Below are positions 51,004-62,119 of a DNA stretch of 64,000 nt, in pieces. Positions within the stretch are counted from its first letter, which is position 1; every line of letters begins with the position of its first letter. Both the position numbers and the translations under genes were made by a program. The notes beneath the pieces are model-generated. The model had not been told where the DNA came from. It ran no database searches and saw nothing but the letters and a program-made list of their open reading frames with translations. The stretch comes from Vicugna vicugna (lineage: Eukaryota), in NCBI GenBank assembly GCA_013265495.1, contig MU058645.1, forward strand, positions 434,001 through 498,000, written 5' to 3'.

Positions 51004-52944
51004 AGACAAAAAAAAAAAAAAAAAGGAGAAAGAACTTGCCAAGAACTCCCGCGGGCACATCTATCTTTGCCCTTCACCTGGCAGCTGGGCCGGGTCTGCT
51101 GTGCTGCGCATGCCCTGTCCGCTCGGCCCCGCCCTGTGCCGGCCCCGAAGGCAGGGATCCCCTCGCTGCCCAGGACTTACGCCTGCTCGGCACAGGGTGC
51201 TCCTGACAAGCTTCTGGAAGTTTCTCCCAAGCCCACCCTTGACGGAAGCTCTTACCTGGCAGACGCAGCGTGCTGAGAGCGGGCACGGTAAGCTGCATTC
51301 CACTCAAAGCGACTCCTGTTCGGGCTGTTTTAAAAAAGTTGGAAGAATGTTGAAAAGCGTTGTACTTACGAGGTTTCCTAAATCCCCAGCGAGTCTCTAT
51401 CGTGGTGAGATCTTCCCTCTGCTGTTCGGTCGTGGCGGCTCCGCACCGAGTGGCAGTGCTGCAGACAGACAGACGGACTGAAAGACCTCCTTGCTCCGGG
51501 GGCAGGGGGCCTGGGGCCGGGGGGAGTCCCAAAGCGCATCTGACCGCGTGTATGTGATTTCTTCCCCTTTCGCCGATAGATGTCCCTGTAGCTAATAAAA
51601 GAATTTTGAAAGGAGTCCAGGGGTGTAATTAAGTGAGACAATACAGATGCCAGAATTTAAACACTGCCAGTTTTATGTAATTTAATTAATACAGTGGAGA
51701 GGGGAAAATGCTTGCCTGTGCAGTATTTTGTGAAGTAAAGTGCCGTGCAGTAAAGGGCATTATTCTGACAGAAACCAGAGAAATAAAGAGTTGATGCATA
51801 GATGGTTCTACTCGATTAGAAAGAACAACCACATGCAGAGTCCTGTTTATTATTTCATGTCTGACATTTTAAGAGTCTGTGTAATGTAATTATCTATGGA
51901 AACTCCAACAGCGTGCCGATTGTCCCTTACAGGTGTGCCTGTCTTTTCAGACAACCTCTTAGACGTCTCCTCCTTAAGGCTCCTGTTCCCCTCACGGCTG
52001 CCTGGACTTCACACGGGGGCTTGCCTTACAGATGAGAATGGAAGAAGGAAATTTTGAAGCAAAAGGATGATTCTTTTGCTTAAAAATACAATTATGTCAG
52101 CATTGTTATTACCAGCTTTTACTCTCCTTTCATGCAGCCAGGACATTTTGATAAATACATATTCCATCTGCAGAGAAGCAGCGGATAATGCTTTAGATGC
52201 TGTCCCCAAATCAATTTTGGTAATAACTGGATACAGCTCACAGCTCCCAAAATGAAAACCAGGTGACATGAAAAGAGAAGCAAGCTTGTGATCAGCAAAA
52301 CCCTCCAGTAAGTCCCTGATGTCCCAGGCGCCTCCTCATTTACAGCTCGTAGGTTTCGAATGAGGGAAAACTATATGAAATTTCAAAGAGGTTGGGTTTT
52401 CAATCTGTCTTTATTTAAAATGTTCTTTTTTTTCTCTTTGTACTTCATAGTTCTTTTCAAAACTTTCATCCACCGCACATAGTAAACACTATGTTCTGGG
52501 AATAAGAAATAGGATGATAAATAAAAACAAGAAAAAAATGAAAGGATGTTACTATAATGAAGGTCAAAAGGCTGCCGTCCCCCCTGTCACATGAGACTGA
52601 GGTCTTCCCTCTGGACGCTCCGTCCCAAGCTTGCTTCTATCTGTCTGTTTTCACCAAAAATGATTGGACTTAAATGAGATAGATTAACAGTCTTAGTTAG
52701 AATATATATTCAACAGAACCAAAATAAAATATTGGGGAAATCGATCTGCTCTTGATGGGTCAATATGTGTATGCCAGATAATTCAAGGGTAGTTACATTA
52801 AGACATGTCCCTCTGTTTTAATTAAGCATATTTAAAATGTACATGCAATAGTGCTTAATGTAGCAAAAATTTCCGAAGGTTTGCTCACTGGCCGGAGCAG
52901 TGACCGAGGCACGAACGAAGCCACTGGGTACCGCGTCCTCTCGG

Positions 52945-53400
52945 TAGCTGTGTGGCTTACTTGCTGCTGAATAAGAAACTCCTCTCAAAAGTTTGTGTCT
53001 TAAGATGACAAGCACTTCACGTGTTCACAACTCCGTGCATCAGAAATTCAGGCAGGGCCGTGTGCAGCCTCTCTTCTGCTCAGTGACATTGGTCGGGATC
53101 CCAGAACCACAATCAGGTGGCTTCACTCCCGTGTGTCAGCTCAGAGGAGAGGATGCCAGGCAGGAACCTCTTCCTCTCCCCCCTCGGCTCGGACTTGGCA
53201 CGGCTGCCAGATCGCACGGGAGGGTTTTAAGAGGAGCTAACCCAGAGCTTCAGATGAAGACCCAGCTGTGGAAGTCACCCTGCATCCTTCACTGCGTCCT
53301 CTTGGCTAAATCCAGGCCGAAGGCCAGGCCAAGTCCAGGAGGAGGAAAATAGACCCTATTTCTCAATGGAAAGAGTAGCAAGAACTTGCAGCCATCTGTG
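52945..53400 (-). mobile_element. MLT1-type LTR
   Basis: cttgctgctgaataagaaactcctctcaaaagtttgtgtcttaagatgacaa...cagaaattcaggcagggc...cacttcactgc-like...aggccaggccaagtccaggaggagg. Confidence 0.65.
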
Positions 53401-54699
53401 ATCCATGAGAAACGCCCCCTGGCCACAAACTACTTACGTCCTCTGACATGCAGGACACACTCTTCCTCCCCAAGGACCCATAACTCTCATCCATTACGGC
53501 CTCAGGCACCAATGCAGAGGCCGGGATCTCGTCCCCTGAGTCAGACACAGGTGCTGGTAAGGCTGCTCCCATGAGGCTCCTCAGGTTGGGAGACCCGTGA
53601 ATTAAAGTAAACAGGTCACAGATGAGACAGGATGTACGCGGAGAGACGGGCACAGAGTGACTGCAGTCAACACCCCAAGTCAAAGAGAGGATGTGGGAAG
53701 CGGGTACACCATGATTCCGAACCCAGCACCTCTGTCCTCAACTTCCCTCGCTCGTTACGGAGGACCTAGACCTGCTCCCTGGGAGCGGACCTACGCTTTG
53801 GACCGTGGGCTCCACTGTCTGAATCTTCCTTCCTTTTCTTTTCTACAAGAAGTGCTGTGTGTTTGCGGCTTTCTGACTGCCCTCAGAAATACTAGGGGAA
53901 AAAAAGCCCTCTTGCTCTTTTTTTTTTTTTTCTTCCACTTTTGGCCCCAAATGACACAACTCCTTAAACAATCTGATGGGACGCCAGTGTGTAACATTGT
54001 TAATCCAGTACACTGGACAAACGTCATGCCCACATTTTTCTTTGAGACACGCTTCTCACTACCTTGGCTGTGAGGCAGGGAGCTGTGGGAAAGTGCCCTG
54101 AAGACTCTTAGAAGAAACTGTTGCCCAGCTTAGAAGAGTAACAAGCACCTTGTAAGCCCTCGGGGAGCTTAGCGAGGCGCCTGTGCCCGTAGCCTCGACG
54201 TGGCTTGGACCCTGAGCCCCTGCGCTCCCGCAGCAGCTGCCTCCGATCTTCGCCTGAGTCACCTTTCCCCTCGAGAAAAGCCCGCCCAACGGACAGGCTA
54301 GAAGTGAAAAACAGTTTGATTTTCCAACTGAGCAATCTCGAAGGTGGAATATTTTCTTTGAATTCTGCTTAAAAAAGCAAACAGCTCCCTTTCAAATCCA
54401 TCGTTCTCCCCACACTCAGTGGCCGACACTTAGAAGCAGCCGCCAGCGCTGCCGGCGCCGCCGGGAAGGCCCCGCACCGCCGCACAGGCTCGCCAGGCGC
54501 GTCCTCGCCGCCTCGCTCCCGCAGCGCCCGTTTAGTGGGCTTGGAGGGCAAGGTGCTCTCCGCCTGTCCGGGCTGCACTGACGGCCTTCTTCTGGCCCTT
54601 CACCAAGGCCACTGCCACCTGTTTTAGGCTTTTGCTCCTGCAAGATCCTACTCCGAATACCATATTGTTTCAACTTTTCTACTGCCGTTTCACAAAGCA

Positions 54700-55150
54700 C
54701 TTCAAAACACAGCGTACACAACGACAACGTATTATGAGTTACAGTTCTCTGTGTGACCAGGAATTTCTTCTGCTTTCGTGCCGACATAGCGAGTGCTGGG
54801 ATGGTGGAAGTTTCCAGAATGTCCTCACTCATGGGGCTGGCAGTGTTAGGAGCACTGGCTTCAGCCCAGCACAGGCTGGGGCGGGGGCTTTGTGTGGTTC
54901 CCTGAGAGCCTCTCCGTGTGAAGCCCGGGTCCCTCACAACGTGGGGCCATCCCGTGACAGACGCTCCAGGGGTGGAGGCAGGGGCTCTAGACCCCACGCG
55001 GCCCCGCCTCCAAGTTTCACAGCATCATTCCCACCACGTTCTGTTGATGAGAGCGGTCCAGGAGCAGCCAGGAATCAAAGGAGGTGCAGTCTGATTCTTA
55101 ATGTGGAAATGACAAGTTCAGTCTGCAGAGATGCACATGGAACGAAAGAC
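54700..55150 (-). mobile_element. MLT1-type LTR remnant
   Basis: acttcaaaacacagcgtacacaacgacaac...acagttctctgtgtgaccaggaattt...cagcatcattcccaccacgttctgttg. Confidence 0.5.
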
Positions 55151-55231
55151 AACACACAGCCACCTCTGGAAACACCTGGGGATGCTGGTGGGGGCAGTGA
55201 ATGCATTTCGCATGTGAGAGGACATGGATTT

Positions 55232-55662
55232 GAGGAGACTAGAATTACATCCCTCCCAAAATGTGCGTGTTGGAGTTCTGACCTCCAGTACCTCAGAATG
55301 TAATCTTATTCAGGAATAGGGTAATGGGGTCATCTCAGGTACAATTTGTTAAGATGGGGTCATATTGGAGTGGGGTGGGTCCCTACTCCCGTAGTGCTGC
55401 CCTTACAAAAAGGGGGCATTTGGACACAGACGTGCACACAGGGGGACACCCTGTGAAGAGGAAGGAAGCAGTCAGAATGAAGCAGCGCAGCCCGGAAGCA
55501 CCAGGGCCTCCAGCAAGCTGCCCGGAGCTGGGGCCGTGGACAGCCTGGCGCAGGCGGTCGTTCCCGGTCCTCGGAAGGAGCTGCGACCATCCAAACCATG
55601 TCATCATGTAAGCCACCCAGTCTGGGGGACGCTGTTAGGGTGGCCCTGGGAAACTCATCACA
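55232..55662 (+). mobile_element. MaLR solo LTR (MLT1B/C-like)
   Basis: aattacatccctcccaaaat...acctccagtacctcagaatgtaatcttatt...gttaagatggggtcatattggagtggggtgggtccct...taagccacccagt...ccctgggaaactcatcaca. Confidence 0.85.
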
Positions 55663-57087
55663 GCAGCCATGGGTTGGTTCTTTGTTGGGCACCCATCCTG
55701 GTTGATAAAACAAATTCCCTTCAGCGGGGAACGTTTTGAATGCCTCAGGGATCCAGGTTAACAGAGGTAGCAGTGCTTTCACAGAAACGCAAATACACAA
55801 ATAATTTCTTTTCTAATGCCGTTTCTGCCACCTCAGCACAAAATCTCATGCAGAGTTGTAATCAGGAAGAAGGCATGTGTGTTTGTGACGTGCGTGTGCC
55901 TCACATGCGTGTGCGTACGTGTGTGCATGTTGTGGTTTACTCTCAGACCACAGAACTTAGGCAGCCTCAGTGACCTTCACTGGAAAGGGCTTTTGCCCTT
56001 GGCACTACTGGCATTTTCATCTGAAGCCTGTGTACTGGGTTTGGACCAGTGCTAAATCTCAGCTGCCTCCTCCAGAGAGAGACCCTCCCGGAAAGCCAGG
56101 ATTGTCCAAGCCGTTGCCATTCACAGCCAAGCCTTCAGACTCACAGGTCACTGCCAGTTCTGCAGTAGAGACCAATTTCTCAACTTGTATCCTGGTTTCC
56201 CAGGCAGCTGCTTTGCTGGTCCCCCAGCGATGCTTGACCTCACACCAGTACAGCCCACCAAAACACCAGTATGGATGCTGGAGTGTGGACGAGGAGAAGA
56301 TGGAGGCTGGTCTGTCCATGGAGGGTTGAAATGTGACCATCTGCTGTAACGGCACTAAAAAGAATGAGACTCATCAGCTCTAGTGACTCATAATGATGGT
56401 CGTGCTTGCTCTTGGAATATTAAGGGAATCAACCCTCCACTTAATTGCCAGAAAGGATTCTTTTCTTTCTAGCCATACAGCATCTCTCTCTCTCATTCCT
56501 TCAATATATAGATTTTTATATAGATAGATATCCCAAAATGGTCTCACTGGCTCAAACATAATTGTAGCAAAGAAAAATTAAAATGAGCTAATATCTTTGA
56601 TTAATGCTGGGTTCTGTGCCCTGACTTAGGAGCATAAATATCCCTCTGTAGGTAATACTGTCTGCAAATAAGATCAAATCAAGTTTCAAGGCACTTTGCT
56701 AATGAAAAGTATTGATTTTTATAGCATTTGGGCCAAACCATGGCCAATGCTCATCTCTGGTGTCTCCTCCAGCAATGAGGGCTTCATCCTTCAACATACA
56801 GACGCCCTTCTCTTTCTCTCCCGCTTCTCAGGCTTCAAACCTCATCACTTCTCTCTTTACATTGCTTCCTTGTTGATCTAAGTCATTCCTACAGCATCAG
56901 TTGTCACTTCTAGGCATATGGCTCCCAGGTCATGGTCTTAATAAGCTGATACCTCCCTTCCCAACGTCCTCTTCCACATAACCCATCCTTTCCGACTAAT
57001 CTGCCCCGAGTGTTTCTTGCACATCCCTCCCTCTACCTCTCTGATCAAACAGTGGTTTGGCTTTTTTGTCCGTCTGTTTTTGCCTGT

Positions 57088-57182
57088 TTGTTTTTTTATT
57101 GAAGTGTAGTCAGTTTACAATGTTGTGTCAATTTCTAGTGTACAGCAGAGTAGTTCAGTTGTACATGTACATACATATATTA
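57088..57182 (-). mobile_element. Short lineage-specific L1 3' tail
   Basis: tttttttattgaagtgtagtcagtttacaatgttgtgtcaatttctagtgtacagc, homologous to the tails at 4644 and 60500. Confidence 0.8.
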
Positions 57183-59778
57183 AGCCTCCACTTCACTCTC
57201 CCAAATTTTACCATCCTTAAAAAAATTGAGCTGAACACCCAGGTCATCCTTCCTAACTCTGTCCTGGTCCATTATGACTCACGGGCTTTCTTCTTCCTGC
57301 ACACCAGAATGCGTCCGCTACTCGTACAAAGACCGGCTCTGGTCTGTCTCAGACGGTAGAATCCAACGACTGAACGTGCTGTTTTGAGGGAGCACCTGAG
57401 GTGGGGCAGGATAAGTGGGGTAGCAGGTACAGCCCAGCCAGTATGACCCATCAAATCCACTCGAGCAGTTGTTGGGGTACCACCGATCTCTGAAAGATCA
57501 CACACACTGCCTTAGACTCAGCCTCCCTGTCCAGTTAAACATCAGTCTTACACCACCATGTGCTGCCTTGTGTTTTATTGGAAATTCTATTTAAATCTAG
57601 CAATTTTTAATTAGCTTCAATCTGTTTATATTTGGTCTCCCCAGCTAGGCTACAGCTCTCTAAAGAAAAGATGACTTCAGTTTTCTAATACCCCTAAGAG
57701 GGTCTAGAGCTGTCGGACCAGTGAAACAATAAAGATTCACCCAGAAGACACTCCGTTTAAACAGTTGCTTCTTAGATTGATTTAATCAACCACTAGAACC
57801 TCTTACTAGATTTATAGTTATAATTGAAATGGAAATATTTCCTTAGAGTAAATGAGTAATGGAGGCAAGAAAAAAATGAAATGGAAAAACTATCATTTGT
57901 GGGTTTTTTGAACCCAATAGTTAAATGAGTGTGCTGGAACCAGGGACTTCTTTGTTATAATAACAGAAAAAAAAAACACAGGTTTAGAAATAACCCAGCG
58001 TCTCTCCTTGAGATACCACCACAGGGATCTGCTTTTGGCAACATGTGACAAAGATATTGATTTAACTTCACTTCCAGAGTAGAACATGATTTCTAAAGAA
58101 AGAACCCTTTGAAAATGGTCATTTTTATTTGAAAATAATGTATAGAGTTATCTTGCTTGACAAATAGGAGAGTCCTTGCACGTGAGGGCAGTTGATGTCC
58201 AACCTCAAACAAACAAAGTTATTAATCAGCTCCAAACAAAGACATTTCATCCTGTGAAAGACCTTTCTACAGAAATCCTCGGGCTAGGTTACAACTGCCA
58301 TTTCTTTCTAGAGACTTTAAAGTGAACCTTCCCAATATGGACGTGAAAGCAAATTACATCTTTCTGACGTGTTTGCTTTTTCCATCCCACAGATATGCAC
58401 GATTTGGTCAATTTAACAAAATTAGTTATATTATAAGGTGAACATAATAATAGCCTGGTGTCAATCAATCATTGTTGATGTACCTTGGCTGAATAGTAAG
58501 ACATAGGGAACCAGAAAGCTCAAATCACTCAAACCAAAGTCTTTTTAGGAGAATAAAGAAAGCAGAAGTGGGCCAGGAGGTGGTAAACAAATTAAGTCAC
58601 TGAAATTTCTAAATCTGAAAGCTATTCTGCTTCTATGTCTACACCCACTGATGGACTCCATGAATATTGTATGAAATAGGCTGGTTTGGGACCTTACTCA
58701 ACATAGATACTGTGTCTACAGTTGACTGATCTTTTGAAATAAATTCCCATCTCTGTTACTTGAGCAAACGTATGATTGCTGAATGAGTATGTGATGAACA
58801 CGTGTAACATGACTCCTTTTTTCCTGCGTCTTTTTTCTTTTCTTTAACACTGTGAGGCTGGAATTCCCATTGTAATTACAAGTGATGATTGTAACTGTGT
58901 CTGGGCTGAGGCCAGGCTGCCCTCCTGGAGAGAGCAGCCCGGTTTCAGAGGCTCACCGGATCCCAGGGAGGCCGGTGCGGAGGTAAATCTCACAGACAGA
59001 TGACCTGTTTGCCACCTGAGGCACAGGGACTATATCTTCCATTTTAACTCTCATAAAACATGTTTTGGGACCTAGACATTTCTGATGCATAAATCCTGGG
59101 CGCTGAAAGTTCAATCTTGTTCTCTTGACTCTGGAGTCATTTCAGGCCATATGCCACTGCCGATATTTCTAGTACAACAAATGATGTGAGCGACGGGGAG
59201 ACGGGAGGGTAGGGCGGCAGTGGGTTCACACATGTGAAAAAATAGTATTTTAAACCTTAAATGTTTGTTATGCTTTCATGTCAGGGATTAATTACTCTCA
59301 CAAGCGAAAAAAAAAAAAAAAACACACCCAAAGACAAAAACTACAAGATTAGTGAGTTACAAAATTGTCCCTGGATACCACCAATGGTGGAGGCCTTCCC
59401 ACAGGGAAAGTGTTGTTCTTGTTGAAACTCTATTGGAAAAAATACGGAAAAACGGAACTCACCCCCTCCTCAGTCAGCTCTTTCCCAGTGAAGACAGCAC
59501 TCTGTCGTCTAAACGTACTCTCCCTTCACTGCAACAAAACCTTCTCTTCTTCAGCCTTGGCTCCTCCAAAAGATGGAATAACATCTGAATGAGAATGTGA
59601 AACACTCTTGAAAACACACAAATAAAATGCGACGATAAGAAAGTAAGCGTAAGTGGCTAACGTAAACGGACTCAAAAGCTTGCCATTTCAACTGGAAATA
59701 TTGTTCACGATGAACATTAGTATCTCCTAAGGGGGTGTATAACCCTTTCAAAGGACTGTCATCAGAAATGAAGGCTGG

Positions 59779-60208
59779 TGCATGTGAGATAATGTTTTGC
59801 CTATATTTTCTTCTAGGAGGTTTATTGTATCTTGTCTTATGTTTAAGTCTTTGATCCATTTTGAGTTGATTTTTGTGTATGGTGTAAGGGAGCGTTCTAG
59901 CTTCATTGTTTTACATGCTACTGTCCAGTTTTCCCAACACCATTTGCTGAAGAGACTGTCTTTATTCCATTGTATATTCTTGCCTCCTTTGTCGAAGATT
60001 AGTTGACCAAAAGTTTGTGGGTTCATTTCTGGGCTCTCTATTCTGTTCCATTGGTCCATATGTCTGTTTTTGCACCAATACCATGCTGTTTTGATTACTG
60101 TAGCTCTGTGGTATTGTCTGAAGTCTGGGAGAGTTATTCCTCCAGCCTCTTTCCTTCTCTTCAGTAATGCTTTAGCAATTCTAGGTCTTTGTGGTCCCAT
60201 ATAAATTT
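59779..60208 (-). mobile_element. Inverted 5' segment of young L1 insertion (ORF2 fragment, open for ~140 codons)
   Basis: ORF 59748-60200: [10 protein letters not shown]...[23 protein letters not shown]...[26 protein letters not shown]...[16 protein letters not shown], clearly L1 ORF2p. Confidence 0.97.
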
Positions 60209-60579
60209 AGAGAAAGAAAAACACCATATGAGATCTCTTATATGTGAAATCTAAAAAAAACCCCACAAAAACAGACTCATAGGCATAGAATACAAACTTG
60301 TGGTTGCCAAGGGGGTGGGATATGGGAAGGGACAGACTGGGATTTCAAAATTTGTAGATACTGACAGGAATATGCAGAATAGATAAACAAAATTATACTG
60401 TATAGCACAGGGAAATATATATACGATCCTGTGGTAGCTCACAATGAAAAAAAAATGTGACAATGAATATATGTAAGTTCATGTATAACTGAAAAATTGT
60501 GCTCTACACTGGAATTTGACACAACATTGTAAAATGAGTATAATTCAATAAAAAAAAAAGGTAAAAAAAAAAAAGGGAG
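60209..60579 (+). mobile_element. Sense 3' segment of the same L1 (ORF2 last codons, 3'UTR, polyA)
   Basis: agagaaagaaaaacaccatatgagatctcttatatgtgaaatctaa, L1 3'UTR, AATAAA 60547-60552, A-tail; whole element flanked by TSD agaaatgaaggctgg (59764-59778, 60580-60594). Confidence 0.93.
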
Positions 60580-61251
60580 AGAAATGAAGGCTGGCAAAGG
60601 AAGCCGCTCACATGGCATACGCTTTGTAGAAGATGGAAGCGCCCAGGCTCAGTTAGCAGGCCCACGAGTTCAGGAACAAAAGGTGAGAGGAGCGCGGCTC
60701 CCTCGCACACCAGGCCTGATCTAGTCCCCGCAGAAAGTACCCTCCTTGATTTACATGTTAGGATAATCTTGTTTCAGACCGTGGCGCTTACACGAGAAGT
60801 TGGTCCCTCCTTAAAAGGAGACCAACTCCTTTGAAAATATCTGTCCGTTCTCTCCTGCTGGCTGTCAGCACTTCCTTTCCTGGCTGCCACTTCAAAGGGA
60901 CAGAGTCAGTGCCTATAAAGACATGCCCGAGGGCCCCGCCACAAACACAAATTCCCACAAAAACCCATTGGGAAGGGAATAAAGACAGAGGTAGCGTCTA
61001 GAAAATTTCTTTGACTCCAGCTGTCTGGTTTTCATTAGTCCTGCCAAGATTTGGGTTAAGTATTCTCCCTTTGTGGCCCTGCTCATTTTCAGAATTCTGT
61101 GGAAGTATGATCGAAATGAACCCTTGTTGCCTCCTTCCAAAAACATCCTAGGCTTGGTGTCTCGGCCCTCTTAATATATCCTCAGGAGCATCCTCTTTGC
61201 AATTAAAAAGGTGGGAAACCAAGGTTTGTAAATAAGTTAGACTGCCTTGTG

Positions 61252-61434
61252 CGCTGGCACTCCCAGGGTGGGCCCGGGACCAGCGGACCGCACCGCACGG
61301 GAAGTCGTGAGAAAGGCAGGGCCTCAGCACCGCCCCGGACCGCCGGCGGCAGGCACCAGGGGTGGGGCCCAGCAGCGCGCGTTTCCATGGCCCTGCCGGA
61401 AATTCCGACGCACCCTCGAGCGTGAGAACCACGG
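61252..61434 (+). mobile_element. MER5A hAT-Charlie element, strongly GC-shifted
   Basis: Colinear with recalled MER5A consensus: ggaccagc, gggaa..gtgagaaaggcag, ggggtggggcccagca, attccgacgcac, tgagaaccacgg; ~185 bp. Confidence 0.8.
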
Positions 61435-62119
61435 CTCTGGGTCACGCGGAAAAAGCAGAGGGCTTTTCATGTGAAGAGTCTGGACTAACCTTTTCCCAAA
61501 AGGCAGGGGTTAGGAAACTCACAACAGCGTGGGATTTTCCACAGGAGGGGGCTGAAATCAAAAGTTGGAAACCTCACTGCTGTTTGCTGAGCTTCACATT
61601 TAAATTCTCCATCTTAATTTTATGGTAACAAAGCTTGCTGCTGGGGGAATAATGGGATGTAGTTAACTGCCCTCAGCGACAATATTTCATCCAGACTTGA
61701 TGGGGCAATTTGAAAATATCATTAAAGAGACAAGTTGTACAACAGAGGACAGCAAAAGTGTGATTATCTTTGGAGATTAAATCCCCAAACATCACGTGGC
61801 TTCTAAATGGGTGCCTCTTATCGATTAAAAGCTCTTGGCTAAAAGCTGAGTTTCTCAAATGCAGTTTCAGACACTCAGGCACGTGAATCTCCATACACAC
61901 TTTTTAAAGAGGAGAAAGCACAGAAGGAAGCAGTCTAAAAGATATGGCATCAAAAGAAGGCAAAATTCACATGAATTCCCATAATTCAGAGAAAAGCACT
62001 GTTTCTTGTTCACATCGTCCGCACAGAGTCCTGATGAGTAAACTGGTGGCCCGCGAGTAACGCGGCAAGTGCACAAAATAGCAGTCATCCCACTCGCTGT
62101 TCTCCAGCGGGCTTTGCTT

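Noticed and set aside
50945..51532. 178-aa and 152-aa ORFs
   Set aside because: They span a poly-A run and GC-shifted L2 sequence; stop depletion is explained by GC content
54416..55303. 223-aa and 193-aa ORFs, the longest in the window
   Set aside because: They overlap MLT1 remnants and a GC-rich patch, with no recognisable domain
59748..60200. 150-aa ORF as a host gene
   Set aside because: It is an L1 ORF2p fragment inside a TSD-flanked insertion
61690..61790. Peptide ...SKSVIIFGD* resembling the IILGDFN motif of LINE AP-endonucleases
   Set aside because: Single short motif followed by a stop, with no other endonuclease motifs nearby
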